Below, one piece after another: positions 18,888-28,141 of a DNA stretch of 64,000 nt (positions are counted from its first letter, which is position 1; each line of letters starts with the position of its first letter). Both the position numbers and the translations under genes were made by a program. Below the pieces are notes generated by a model. It saw only the letters and a list, made by a program, of their open reading frames with translations. It searched no databases and was not told where the DNA came from. Source of the stretch: Dehalococcoidia bacterium (GTDB lineage: Bacteria; Chloroflexota; Dehalococcoidia; UBA2979); assembly GCA_965237865.1 (NCBI GenBank), contig OZ250164.1, positions 309,217 through 373,216 of the forward strand, in the 5' to 3' direction.

Positions 18888-20561
18888 ATGACCTTGAGTA
18901 CTATCCCTCCCGCGCTGCTGGCGCTCCTCGGAGCAGTCGTCATCCTGCTGGCTGGCGCGCCAACGGCCCTGCACGCGCAGTCCACACCCTCGATTTCGAT
19001 CGAGCTGTCACCGGGTCAGCACGTCCCGCACACGGTCGCCCTCACGGGCGAGGTGACCCTGAGCAACCTGGCCCCTGCTGACTACTCGATGGTGACGCTC
19101 CGCGCCGACATCACCGGGCACGAGGATCGGACGAGCCACTGCTACGGCGAGGACACCAGCAGCGATATCGAACTCGCGGTGGACGAGAGTCTGGAGGCAG
19201 TAACGCTCAGGCTGTTCAAGCCCTGCACGAATGCCCCGGGCGGATTCGGAACGTATGACTACGCGCTCACGATCAGCGTATCGAGGGCCGATCCGATGCA
19301 GCCCGGCGACACCATCGAGCTGGTATCGATGCACGTGCCCTTCCTGGTGTCGACATACCTGACTCCCGGGGAGCAGACCCTTCCGGCCCCTGATCCCAGT
19401 GCGCTGGCCTGGTTTGACCCGGATCCCAGAACTTCCGCGATGTACGTGGGAGAGTGGCGCCAATTCCGCTTCCGCACGGACATTTCCAGGTATGCCGAAG
19501 ACCATCTGAACGTGTACGTGGACGCCGGCGATCCCGGTGACTTCGTTGCGAGATCGGGCGAAGGTCCTTCTCCCGGCAGCGCCGAGGAAGCCTGCAACGA
19601 CTCGCATCCAACGCAGAACTGGCGTCGTGCCATCCATCAGCCTCTCTGGGTTGTTCCCTGCAAGCCGGGTCCGGCAGTCTTTTGGCTGTCGCACGAGACC
19701 CTGGGCGTGCCGCCCCTCTACACCTACGAATTCGAGGTGTACCCGGCCGACGAATCTCGAGGAGGGCCGATCGTTGGTGGGCCGAGTGGCGGGGGCGGCG
19801 CTCCGCCCTCGTCCGGCCCCACGCCGAGTGGCGGGGGCGGCGCTCCGCCGTCGTCCGGCCCCACGCCGAGCGACGCCGACTTCGCCTGGACCGTCGATAA
19901 GGACATCGACGCGCTCGACGCCGGGAATGACGAGGCGACTGGCCTCTGGGGCGACGGCGCGACGATCTGGGTAGCGCAGAACAGCGACGGCGGCGGCGAC
20001 GGCGTCTTCGCCTACGACCTCGCAAGCGGCGAACGCCTCGAGGATCGCGAGTTCGAACTCGACACCGCCAACCTCGCCCCGCGCGGCCTCTGGTCCAACG
20101 GCGAGACGATCTGGGTTTCCGACAGCGGCAAGGAGAAGCTCTACGCCCACGACCTGGAGAGCGGCGAGCGCCTCCCGGCGCGTGACATCAAGCTCAGCGA
20201 TGCGAACGACGACCCGCGCGGCATCTGGTCCGATCGGACGACGATCTGGGTGCTCGACGACCGCGACGAGAGCGTCTATCTCTACGACCTCGGGAGTGGC
20301 GAGCAGACGGCCGTCTACGAACTCGACGCCGCCAACGACGACCCGCACGGCATCTGGTCCGACGGCGTCGCGGTCTGGGTCTCCAACCACGACCCCAAGC
20401 GGCTCTTCGCCTACCGCCTCGTCGACGACGCCCTCGTGCGCGAGTCAGACGAGGACTTCACGAGGCTGGGCCGGGCCAGCAACAACAGCCCGCGCGGCAT
20501 CTGGTCGGACTACAGCGTGATCTACGTCGTCGACGCCCTGGACGAGCAGGTCTACAGCTGA
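18888..20561 (+). CDS. secreted repeat protein (five ~50-aa beta-propeller-like repeats; Pro/Gly linker duplication)
   Basis: Signal peptide MTLSTIPPALLALLGAVVILLAGAPTALHA-QS. The C-terminal half has five tandem repeats of the form GIWSDGxTIWVxD...YAYDLxSGER. An exact tandem duplication GGGGAPPSSGPTPS x2 lies around 19790-19870. Confidence 0.55.
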   Translation: MTLSTIPPALLALLGAVVILLAGAPTALHAQSTPSISIELSPGQHVPHTVALTGEVTLSNLAPADYSMVTLRADITGHEDRTSHCYGEDTSSDIELAVDESLEAVTLRLFKPCTNAPGGFGTYDYALTISVSRADPMQPGDTIELVSMHVPFLVSTYLTPGEQTLPAPDPSALAWFDPDPRTSAMYVGEWRQFRFRTDISRYAEDHLNVYVDAGDPGDFVARSGEGPSPGSAEEACNDSHPTQNWRRAIHQPLWVVPCKPGPAVFWLSHETLGVPPLYTYEFEVYPADESRGGPIVGGPSGGGGAPPSSGPTPSGGGGAPPSSGPTPSDADFAWTVDKDIDALDAGNDEATGLWGDGATIWVAQNSDGGGDGVFAYDLASGERLEDREFELDTANLAPRGLWSNGETIWVSDSGKEKLYAHDLESGERLPARDIKLSDANDDPRGIWSDRTTIWVLDDRDESVYLYDLGSGEQTAVYELDAANDDPHGIWSDGVAVWVSNHDPKRLFAYRLVDDALVRESDEDFTRLGRASNNSPRGIWSDYSVIYVVDALDEQVYS

Positions 20562-22084
20562 TATGGAGTGACCGGTTGTCAAGCAGCACCGGCGGTGGTC
20601 GTGGCGATCCGGCTCCGGAACGGGGGGAGATGGACGAACGAGGGCGCTGCTTCGACGACGTGTCACTCTGATATTCGCGGGTTGCCTGGGGCCTTGCCGC
20701 ATGACCGTGCTTCGCCGGGAGGGGTCGCCGTCTACGGTCGCGGGTTGACGGCGCCGGGCGCCGCTGCCGCATAGCTGTACCGCGCGTCCTCCTGAGCCTG
20801 CCCTCGCTCATCCACCCCCTCCTGCTCCGGAGCGGCGTATCGCCAGCTCCGCCTTCGCCGCGGACCGCGCGCGTGCTGTCAGGCCGCCGCCTGCTCCCGG
20901 GCGCCGATGTTCAGCACCGCCCACAGGTAACCCGCGAGTTCACGGGCGACGGCCACGTTCGCCACGACCGATGGCTTGCCGTGAGCGGCCAGCCGCCGGT
21001 GGCGGCGATAGAGCCGGGTCTGCGCCCGGTCGGCCAACACCACGGCCCAGCCCGGCTGGCCCTCCCTGCGCTTGCGCAGCGCTGCCCCCACCCGCGGCGG
21101 GTGGCGGTAGTGCCAGGCGCTCTCCACCAGGATGCGGCGCACGTGGCTGTTCCCTGTCTTCGTGATCGGTCCCCGCCGCTGACGGGCGCCGCTGCTGTAC
21201 TCGCTCGGCGTGAGCCCGAGGTAGGACATCAACTGCCGGGCGCTGCCGAAGCGCGTGACGTCGCCGAGCTCGGCCAGCACCGTCATCGCCGTCACCGTGT
21301 CGACCCCGCGGAAGCAGCGCAGCAGCCCCACCGCCTCGCGGTAGTCGTCGCTGGCGGCACACGCGGCCAGTTCCTGCTCCAGCGTGCGCAGCCGCTCCTC
21401 CACGCCCTCGAGCGCGCGCAGGTAGTCGTCGAAGGTGGCCTGCGCGGCCGGGTGTTCGAAGCGCAGCGTCAGCAGCCAGCGGCGGTGCCGCAGCGTCCAG
21501 TTCCGGCCGTCGTAGGCGATGCCGCGCCGCAGCAGCAGCTTCGCCAGGCGGTGGCGCGCCCGGGTGCGGTCGGTCACGGCGTCCTCGCGCGCCCGGCAGA
21601 GGTCGCGCACCGCCTCCTGGTCGATGGTCGGGGGATGCACCGCCGTGAGCAGGTCCGCGCGCAGCAGCTCGGCCAGCTTCCTGGCGTCGCGGCGGTCGGT
21701 CTTGACGCGGTCGCCGGGCCGCCTGGGGATGAGCGCCGGCGCGATCACCTGGCATTCGATGCCCTCGGCCTCGAGCTGGCGCTGCAGCGCGAAGCCCCCC
21801 GGCCCCGCCTCGTAGCAGGCCACGACCGGCCCCGGCGCCATGCGCCGCAGGCGCTGCGCGAGCCGCTTCACCGCCTTCGGCTCGTTCGCCAGCTGCCACT
21901 CCTCGGGCCGCTCGGCCCCCGGCGCCAGCACCGCCACGTGGATCGCCCGCGCGTGTGCATCCATCCCTGCATATGTGGTAGTCATCTTCCTGACCGGCTC
22001 CTTTCGCATGCGGCTCTGCAGCCCTCGCGTCTGTAACCCGCGAGTTTGCGGACTCGGAGCCGGTCACTCCATACGGTCTACAAC
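20562..22084 (-). mobile_element. IS110-family insertion sequence (approximate boundaries)
   Basis: A DEDD transposase gene sits between two unrelated surface-protein ORFs, with a 318-bp non-coding flank on its 3' side and ~75 bp on its 5' side. The 14-mer GTAACCCGCGAGTT occurs at 20927-20940 and 22033-22046. Termini are not defined; IS110-family elements lack terminal inverted repeats. Confidence 0.5.
20879..21985 (-). CDS. IS110-family transposase (DEDD/RuvC-like N-domain plus Tnp C-domain)
   Basis: MTTTYAGMDAHARAIHVAVL... with C-terminal ...ITKTGNSHVRRILVESAWH, typical of IS110/IS1111 transposases. The second in-frame Met was chosen as start. Confidence 0.85.
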   Translation of the reverse strand: MTTTYAGMDAHARAIHVAVLAPGAERPEEWQLANEPKAVKRLAQRLRRMAPGPVVACYEAGPGGFALQRQLEAEGIECQVIAPALIPRRPGDRVKTDRRDARKLAELLRADLLTAVHPPTIDQEAVRDLCRAREDAVTDRTRARHRLAKLLLRRGIAYDGRNWTLRHRRWLLTLRFEHPAAQATFDDYLRALEGVEERLRTLEQELAACAASDDYREAVGLLRCFRGVDTVTAMTVLAELGDVTRFGSARQLMSYLGLTPSEYSSGARQRRGPITKTGNSHVRRILVESAWHYRHPPRVGAALRKRREGQPGWAVVLADRAQTRLYRRHRRLAAHGKPSVVANVAVARELAGYLWAVLNIGAREQAAA

Positions 22085-22726
22085 ATGCCCGACGCCATCG
22101 ACGCCCGGCTCGCCTCGCTGGCGCTGAGCGGCGTGGACATCGGCGAGTTCGACGGCCGCAGGCCGGTGTACGTGGGCGTCCTCGGGGAGGGCGTGAGCGA
22201 GACCACGGTCGAAGCGGAGACGGTCCAGTCCGGCGCGAGCGTCGCGATCACGCCCGCCGACGCTGATGATGACGCGGAGAACGGCCACCAGGCCGCAATC
22301 GAGGATGGCACGGAGATCACGGTCACGGTGACCTCGGAGGACGGTAGCCGGACGCGGGTGTACCGGGTGCGGATCGGCGAGCCGGAAGAAGGCGAGCCGG
22401 AAGATGGCGAGCCGGAAGAAGAGGACCAGGAACCGGGGCGCTCGCCGGAGTGCCTGCGCGGCCTGGTCGCGGGCCGCTTCAGCCTTGTCGTCTACGAGGG
22501 TGGCAGCCTGGCCGACCTCGAGTCCTGTGCGCGGAGCCTGTCGGTGACGGCGCTGTACAGCTGGCAAGACGGCGACTTCGTGCACTACATCCTGGGCGCG
22601 CCGGCGTTCGTGAACGAGGGGTTCGTGGCGCTCTTCCCGGCGGCTCTGCCTCCTGACACCCCGCTGATTGCCCAGCGCGAGCTGCCGCCGCCGGAGGCGG
22701 AAGCCCCCGCAGAGGACTCGCCGTAG
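22085..22726 (+). CDS. cadherin-like beta-sandwich domain protein (possible fragment) with acidic GEPE-repeat linker
   Basis: LASLALSGVDIGEFDGRRPVYVGVLGEGVSETTVEAETVQSGASVAITPAD...GTEITVTVTSEDGSRTRVYRVRI fits the cadherin-like beta-sandwich pattern, followed by the repeated linker GEPEEGEPEDGEPEE. No signal peptide; sits immediately 5' of the IS. Confidence 0.45.
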   Translation: MPDAIDARLASLALSGVDIGEFDGRRPVYVGVLGEGVSETTVEAETVQSGASVAITPADADDDAENGHQAAIEDGTEITVTVTSEDGSRTRVYRVRIGEPEEGEPEDGEPEEEDQEPGRSPECLRGLVAGRFSLVVYEGGSLADLESCARSLSVTALYSWQDGDFVHYILGAPAFVNEGFVALFPAALPPDTPLIAQRELPPPEAEAPAEDSP

Positions 22727-22838
22727 CCCGGCCGTCACGGCTGCGCGCCCGCCGCGGATCGCGTTGACGCTACCGGGGCGCGGGTGGACGATGATTCGGC
22801 CCAGCGCGCCGACCTGAATCCCCATCTCCGGAGGCACC

Positions 22839-23942
22839 GTGAACCTGCGTACGCCGGGTCCGATTCCCGTTCCCGCGGAAGTCGCACAGGCGGGCGTGGC
22901 CCCGATGATCAACCATCGCGGGCCGGAGTTCGCCGAACTGATGGCGGCCCTCGGCGAGGGTCTGCAGTACGCCTACCGCACCGAGAACGACGTGCTCGTG
23001 CTGACCGGCTCCGGCACCTCCGGCATGGAGGCCGCCGTCGTCAACCACATCTCGCCGGGTGATCGCGTGCTGGTGGTCACCGTCGGCGTCTTCGGCGAGC
23101 GCTTCCTGGAGCTGGTCCGCATCTACGGAGGCGATCCGGTGCACCTCGCCTTCGAGTACGGCACGGCCGCCGACCCGAACCGCATCGACGAGGCCCTCGC
23201 CGCCGACGGCGAGATCCGCACCGTGCTGGTCACGCACAACGAGACCTCGACCGGCGTGACCAACCCGCTCGAGGAGATCGCGCAGGTCGTCCGGCGTCAC
23301 GACCGGCTGCTGATCGTGGACGCGATCTCGTCGCTCTCCTCGATCCCGGTGGAGACGGACGCGTGGGGCCTCGACGTGGTCGTGTCCGGCTCGCAGAAGG
23401 GCTGGATGGTCGCGCCCGGGCTCTCCTTCGTGAGCGTCAGCGAGCGCGCGTGGGAGGCGCAGGACCGCTGCACCACGCCTCGGATGTACCTCGATCTGCG
23501 GCGCGCGCAGCGCTCGATGCAGGCCGGCCAGACGCCGTGGACCCCGGCGATCTCGCTCATGTTCCAGCTGCGGCAGGCGCTCTCCATGCTGCGCGCCGAG
23601 GGCATCGAGAACGTCTGGGCGCGCCACCACGACACCGCCGAGCGCGTCCGCGAGGGCATCCGGGAGCTCGGCCTCGAGCTCTACGCCGCCGAGGGCGTCC
23701 GCTCCGACACCGTGACGGCAATCCTGCCGCCGGAAGGCGTCGCCGCGAACGAGCTGCGCGCGATTGCCCGCTCGGACTTCGGGACCGACTTCGCGGGCGG
23801 CCAGGCCAGCCTCGGAGGCAAGATCATCCGCTTCGGCCACCTCGGCTATACGAGCGAGGAGGACGTGCGCGGCGCCCTCGAAGCGCTGCAGGGCAGCCTC
23901 GCGAAGCTCGGCCACGCCCCCGTGGCGGCGGCGAGCGGCTAG
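22839..23942 (+). CDS. class V aminotransferase (serine--glyoxylate / phosphoserine aminotransferase family)
   Basis: 367 aa; VLVTHNETSTGV and VVSGSQKGWMVAPGLS (PLP lysine) match AGXT-type aminotransferases; directly upstream of serA. Confidence 0.75.
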   Translation: MNLRTPGPIPVPAEVAQAGVAPMINHRGPEFAELMAALGEGLQYAYRTENDVLVLTGSGTSGMEAAVVNHISPGDRVLVVTVGVFGERFLELVRIYGGDPVHLAFEYGTAADPNRIDEALAADGEIRTVLVTHNETSTGVTNPLEEIAQVVRRHDRLLIVDAISSLSSIPVETDAWGLDVVVSGSQKGWMVAPGLSFVSVSERAWEAQDRCTTPRMYLDLRRAQRSMQAGQTPWTPAISLMFQLRQALSMLRAEGIENVWARHHDTAERVREGIRELGLELYAAEGVRSDTVTAILPPEGVAANELRAIARSDFGTDFAGGQASLGGKIIRFGHLGYTSEEDVRGALEALQGSLAKLGHAPVAAASG

Positions 23943-23970
23943 GGCGCCCCAGGCCACGGGAGGCGGCTCG

Positions 23971-25551
23971 ATGGCGACCGTCCTCGTTGCCGACCAGATC
24001 GCCGAACAGGGCATCGCGCGCCTGCGCGAGCGCCACGACGCCGTAGTCCGCACCGGTCTGAGCGAGGGTGAACTCGTCGCAGCCGTCGCCGACGTGGCCG
24101 GCATCATCGTGCGCAGCCAGACCCGCATCACCGAGCGCGTGATCGAGGCCGCCCCGCAGCTCACGGTGATCGGCCGCGCCGGAGTCGGCGTCGACAACAT
24201 CGACCTCGAGGCGGCGACGGCGCGCGGCGTGGTCGTCGTCAACGCGCCGCTCTCCAACACCATCTCCGCCATCGAGCACGCCCTCGCGCTGCTGCTCGCC
24301 GTCGCGCGCAACGTGCCGCAGGGCCACGCCTCGCTGCGCGCGGGCCGCTGGGAGCGCAGCAAGCTGCAGGGGGTCGAGCTGGCCGGGCACACGCTCGGCA
24401 TCGTCGGCCTCGGGCGCATCGGCACGGGCGTGGCGCAGCGTGCGCGCGCCTTCGAAATGCGCGTGGTCGCCCACGACCCGTTCGTCTCCAGCGAGCGCGC
24501 CGCCTCGATCGGCGTCGAGCTGGTCTCGCTCGACGCGCTGCTGGAGCAGTCCGACTTCGTGACGCTGCACACCGCGCTGCACGAGGAGACGCGAGGGCTG
24601 ATCAGCCGCGAGCAGCTCGCGCGCATGAAGCCGGGCGCCTACCTCGTCAACACCGCGCGCGGCGCGCTCGTGGACGAGCAGGCGCTGCATGAGGCGGTCG
24701 AGGGCGGCGTGATCGCCGGCGCGGCGATCGACGTGTTCAGCGAGGAGCCCGCGATCGGCAACGTGCTCACTGCCACGGACGGCATCGTCGTCACGCCGCA
24801 CCTCGCCGCCTCGACCGCCGAGGCGCAGGACCGCGCCGCCGTCGACGTCGTCGACGAGGTGCTGGCCGTGCTCGCGGGGCGGCCCGCCCGCTTCGCGGTC
24901 AACGCCCCGCTCGTCGACCCGGAGACGATGGCGATCATCGGCCCCTACATCGACGCCGCCGAGGTCGCGGCCTGCGTCGCCTCGCAGCTCCAGGGCGGCC
25001 AGCTCGCGCAGTTGAGGATCGATTACCTCGGAGAGATCGCGAACCACGAGACGGGTCCGCTGCGCGCCGCTGCCATCGTCGGGGTGCTGGAGCGCGTCTC
25101 GTCCGGCAAGGTGACGATCGTCAACGCCGACCAGGAGGCGCGGGAGCACGGCATCGGCATCGTCGAGGACCGCGGCGCGGCGCGTGAGCCCTACGCGAAC
25201 CTCGTGGTCGTGCGCGTCATCTCCGAGAACGGCGGCACCAGCGTCGCCGCCACGCACACGCCGGCGGGGGTCCGCATCGTCGGCATCGACGGCTTCGAGG
25301 TCGAGATCGCACCCGGCGCGGCGCCCTACGTGCTGGCGCTGGAGAACGTGGACCAGCCGGGCATGGTCGGACAGGTCGGCGGGCTGCTCGGCGAGTGGTC
25401 GATCAACATCAACTTCATGTCCGTCGCCAGCGGCGAGGCGGGCCGCGCGCTGATGGTGCTCGGCATCGACCGCCCGCTCGACGCCGGCGAGCGGGCCGCC
25501 CTCGAGGCGCTCGACGCGATCTTCGGCGTGCGGCTGATCAACCTCACGTAG
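23971..25551 (+). CDS. serA: D-3-phosphoglycerate dehydrogenase (with ASB and ACT domains)
   Basis: 527 aa; NAD-binding GIVGLGRIGTGVA, catalytic region, and a C-terminal ACT domain (GMVGQVGGLLGEWSINI). Confidence 0.85.
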   Translation: MATVLVADQIAEQGIARLRERHDAVVRTGLSEGELVAAVADVAGIIVRSQTRITERVIEAAPQLTVIGRAGVGVDNIDLEAATARGVVVVNAPLSNTISAIEHALALLLAVARNVPQGHASLRAGRWERSKLQGVELAGHTLGIVGLGRIGTGVAQRARAFEMRVVAHDPFVSSERAASIGVELVSLDALLEQSDFVTLHTALHEETRGLISREQLARMKPGAYLVNTARGALVDEQALHEAVEGGVIAGAAIDVFSEEPAIGNVLTATDGIVVTPHLAASTAEAQDRAAVDVVDEVLAVLAGRPARFAVNAPLVDPETMAIIGPYIDAAEVAACVASQLQGGQLAQLRIDYLGEIANHETGPLRAAAIVGVLERVSSGKVTIVNADQEAREHGIGIVEDRGAAREPYANLVVVRVISENGGTSVAATHTPAGVRIVGIDGFEVEIAPGAAPYVLALENVDQPGMVGQVGGLLGEWSININFMSVASGEAGRALMVLGIDRPLDAGERAALEALDAIFGVRLINLT

Positions 25552-25563
25552 CCGCCGGACCGG

Positions 25564-26865
25564 TCAGTCGAGGCGGTTGAGGACCATGCCGGTGGCCAGC
25601 TTCGGGTAGAAGTACGTCGCCTTCTGCGGCAGCACGTCGCCCGAGCCGGCCACGGCGATCACCTGGTCGATGCGCGGCGGATTGACGAGGAAGGCGAGGC
25701 GGTTCGGGCCGTCCTGCACCCACTCCCAGGCGTGTCCGGCGTCCTCGCTGAACCGCACGCGCCCGGCCCTCAGCTCCGCCGCGTCGATGCCGAGCAGCGG
25801 GTGGAGAATCGCCTGGTTCAGGATCTGCACGTCGAGCGCGCGCGACGCCTCGGACCACTCGGCTGGGAGGAGCGCATCGATTGCCTCCGGCGAGCGTGGA
25901 CGCAGCAGGTGCAGGCCGCCGCCCGGCAGTCCGATCAGCCCGAACGTCCCCGGCTGCGACGCTTCCGCTTGCACCTGCTCCCAGAGCCGCATTGCCGCTC
26001 CGCTATCCGCCGGGTTGGCCGAGTCCGAGACGCGCGGCGTCAGCGGCTCGACGACGTAGAGCTCCTCGAGCCGCTCGATGAAGTCCCCTGCGAGGTCCAC
26101 GTCCGGGACCAGTCGGTGGGTCGGCAGGATGTCGAGGCCCGGGTCGTTCTCGGGGACGAGGCAGGCGAGCATCCAGCGGCGGCCCTCCTCGTCGCGATCC
26201 TCAAGGTGTCCGAGCGCCGTCTCGTAGCGGTGGTGGCCGTCGGCGATCGTGACCGGCGCGGCGGCGGCCGCCTCCACCAGCCGTGCGATCTCCGAAGGAT
26301 CGTCGATCATCCAGAGGCGGTGCTCATCCCCGCGTCCGTCCGTGGCGGCGAAGGCCGGCTCGCGCGAGGCGACCTCCGCGAGCAGCGCCGAGGCCGTGCC
26401 CGTGTCTCCCCCGGAAATCACGAGGATCGGGCTCACGTTCGTCTGTGTCGCTTGCAGCAGGGCCAGCCGCTCCGCCTTCGGGTCGGCCATCGTGCGCTCG
26501 TGCGGAAGCACCTCGCCCGCCTCGAACGGGCTCAGGCGCAGCCTCGCGAAGTAGCCCCGCCGCACGCGCCGCGGGCCATCGTCGCCCTCGATGCGGGTGC
26601 GCTGCTCGTAGGCGTAGAGCGCGGGCTCGGGATCGCGGAGCAGCACGCCCTCGGCCTCCCAGCTGCGCAGCGCGGCCGCCGCCTCCTCGAAGCGCTGCTC
26701 GCCGCCGCGAGGCGACTCGACGCGCGCGACGTTGTAGGGCGAGCGAGCGTGCAGCGCGGCCACGTCGTCCTCGTCGACCACGTCGTAGGGCGGGGCGATG
26801 ACGGCGTCCGGATCGACGCGCGAGGGGTCGTAGCGGAGCCCGCGGAAGGGAGCGATCTCTGCGAT
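25564..26865 (-). CDS. DUF1015 family protein
   Basis: Conserved N-terminus (I)AEIAPFRGLRYDP...VIAPPYDVV. The track ORF adds a 38-aa Arg/Pro leader from ATG 26979; AGGAGG lies 6 nt upstream of the ATC codon at 26863-26865. Confidence 0.7.
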   Translation of the reverse strand: MAEIAPFRGLRYDPSRVDPDAVIAPPYDVVDEDDVAALHARSPYNVARVESPRGGEQRFEEAAAALRSWEAEGVLLRDPEPALYAYEQRTRIEGDDGPRRVRRGYFARLRLSPFEAGEVLPHERTMADPKAERLALLQATQTNVSPILVISGGDTGTASALLAEVASREPAFAATDGRGDEHRLWMIDDPSEIARLVEAAAAAPVTIADGHHRYETALGHLEDRDEEGRRWMLACLVPENDPGLDILPTHRLVPDVDLAGDFIERLEELYVVEPLTPRVSDSANPADSGAAMRLWEQVQAEASQPGTFGLIGLPGGGLHLLRPRSPEAIDALLPAEWSEASRALDVQILNQAILHPLLGIDAAELRAGRVRFSEDAGHAWEWVQDGPNRLAFLVNPPRIDQVIAVAGSGDVLPQKATYFYPKLATGMVLNRLD

Positions 26866-26968
26866 GGGGCGCCTCCTCGGCTGCTGCGGGGTAGCCCGTC
26901 CACGCGGGCCGCGGTTAGGCTGCGGCGGAGCGGTCCGCCCGGCCGCAGCATGGCCGCCCGGAAGGTAC

Positions 26969-27331
26969 TTGCCGATCACGTTCGAGCGCTACTGCATCTT
27001 CTGCCGGATCATCGCCGGCCAGGCGCCGGCCGACGTGCTGCACGACTCGGAGCGGGTGATCGTCTTCCGCAACCAGCTGCGCTGGGTGCCGATCATGCTG
27101 CTCGCCGTGCCCAAAGAGCACATGACGCAGGAGCAACTCTGGGAGAGCGATCTGCTCGCCGAGGTCGGACGGATCGCCTCGGAAGTGGGCCGCGAGCACT
27201 GCCCGAACGGCTACCGCCTGGTCTCGAATGCGGGCTGGGAGGCGAAGCAGTCGCAGGAGCACGCGCACATCCACGTCCTCGGTGGCGCGTTCCTGGGCGA
27301 CTACGTGAACCCCGGCAGCGGCTGGTGGTAA
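26969..27331 (+). CDS. HIT-family (histidine triad) hydrolase
   Basis: (M)PITFERYCIFCRIIAGQAPADVL...QSQEHAHIHVLGG (HxHxHxx triad). TTG at 26969 follows GGAAGG; the upstream part of the track ORF (from 26864) overlaps the DUF1015 gene. Confidence 0.7.
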   Translation: MPITFERYCIFCRIIAGQAPADVLHDSERVIVFRNQLRWVPIMLLAVPKEHMTQEQLWESDLLAEVGRIASEVGREHCPNGYRLVSNAGWEAKQSQEHAHIHVLGGAFLGDYVNPGSGWW

Positions 27332-27356
27332 GCGGCCCGGCGCTGCGCCGGGCCGC

Positions 27357-28097
27357 TCAGCGCTGAGCCGCGCGCTCCTCGGCCAGCGCCTCGCGCTGCG
27401 CCACGAACAGGTCCGCGATCCCCGCCCCCGCGAGCGCGACGACGCGATCGAGGTCGCCTCGGGAGAAGGGGGCGCGCTCGGCCGTGCCCTGCACCTCGAC
27501 GAGCTTCCCCGTGCCGAGCTGCACGACGTTGAAGTCCGTCTCCGCGCTCGAGTCCTCGTCGTAGTCGAGGTCGAGCAGCGCCATGCCGTCGCTGAGGCCG
27601 ACCGAGATCGCGGCGACCTGCGTCGTGAGCGGCGAGGCGGCGAGCGCGCCGCCGCGCTGCAGCCAGTCGATCGCCAGCGCCAGCGCCACCCAGCCGCCGG
27701 TAACCGCCGCGGTGCGGGTGCCGCCGTCGGCCTGGATCACGTCGCAGTCGACGGTGATTGTCTGCTCGCCGAGCCGGTCGAGGTCGAGCGCGGCGCGCAG
27801 CGAGCGGCCGATCAGGCGCTGGATCTCCTGGGAGCGTCCGCTCTGACGGCCCTCGCGGGCCTCGCGGCGGCCGCGCGTGTGCGTCGCGCGGGGCAGCATC
27901 CCGTACTCCGCCGTCACCCAGCCGGAGCCGGTGCCGCGCAGCCAGCGCGGCACGCCGCGCTCGACGCTGGCCGCGCAGAGCACGCGCGTGTCGCCCATCG
28001 AGATCAGCGCGGCGCCCTCGGCGTGCCGCAGCACGCCGGTCTCGATCGTCAGCGGACGCAGCTCCTCGAGGCTGCGCCCGCGTAGTCGGCTCACCAT
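27357..28097 (-). CDS. rph: ribonuclease PH
   Basis: [45 protein letters not shown]...[14 protein letters not shown]...[20 protein letters not shown]; ATG at 28095-28097 with GGGAGG upstream. Confidence 0.85.
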   Translation of the reverse strand: MVSRLRGRSLEELRPLTIETGVLRHAEGAALISMGDTRVLCAASVERGVPRWLRGTGSGWVTAEYGMLPRATHTRGRREAREGRQSGRSQEIQRLIGRSLRAALDLDRLGEQTITVDCDVIQADGGTRTAAVTGGWVALALAIDWLQRGGALAASPLTTQVAAISVGLSDGMALLDLDYDEDSSAETDFNVVQLGTGKLVEVQGTAERAPFSRGDLDRVVALAGAGIADLFVAQREALAEERAAQR

Positions 28098-28141
28098 CGC
28101 TGGCCTCCCGATCGCTGCCCTCGAGTCACCGTAGCACGCGA

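Noticed and set aside
20873-22036. 387-aa plus-strand ORF antisense to the IS110 transposase
   Set aside because: It is the mirror ORF of a strongly motif-supported minus-strand transposase and has Arg-rich low-complexity composition with no recognisable domain.
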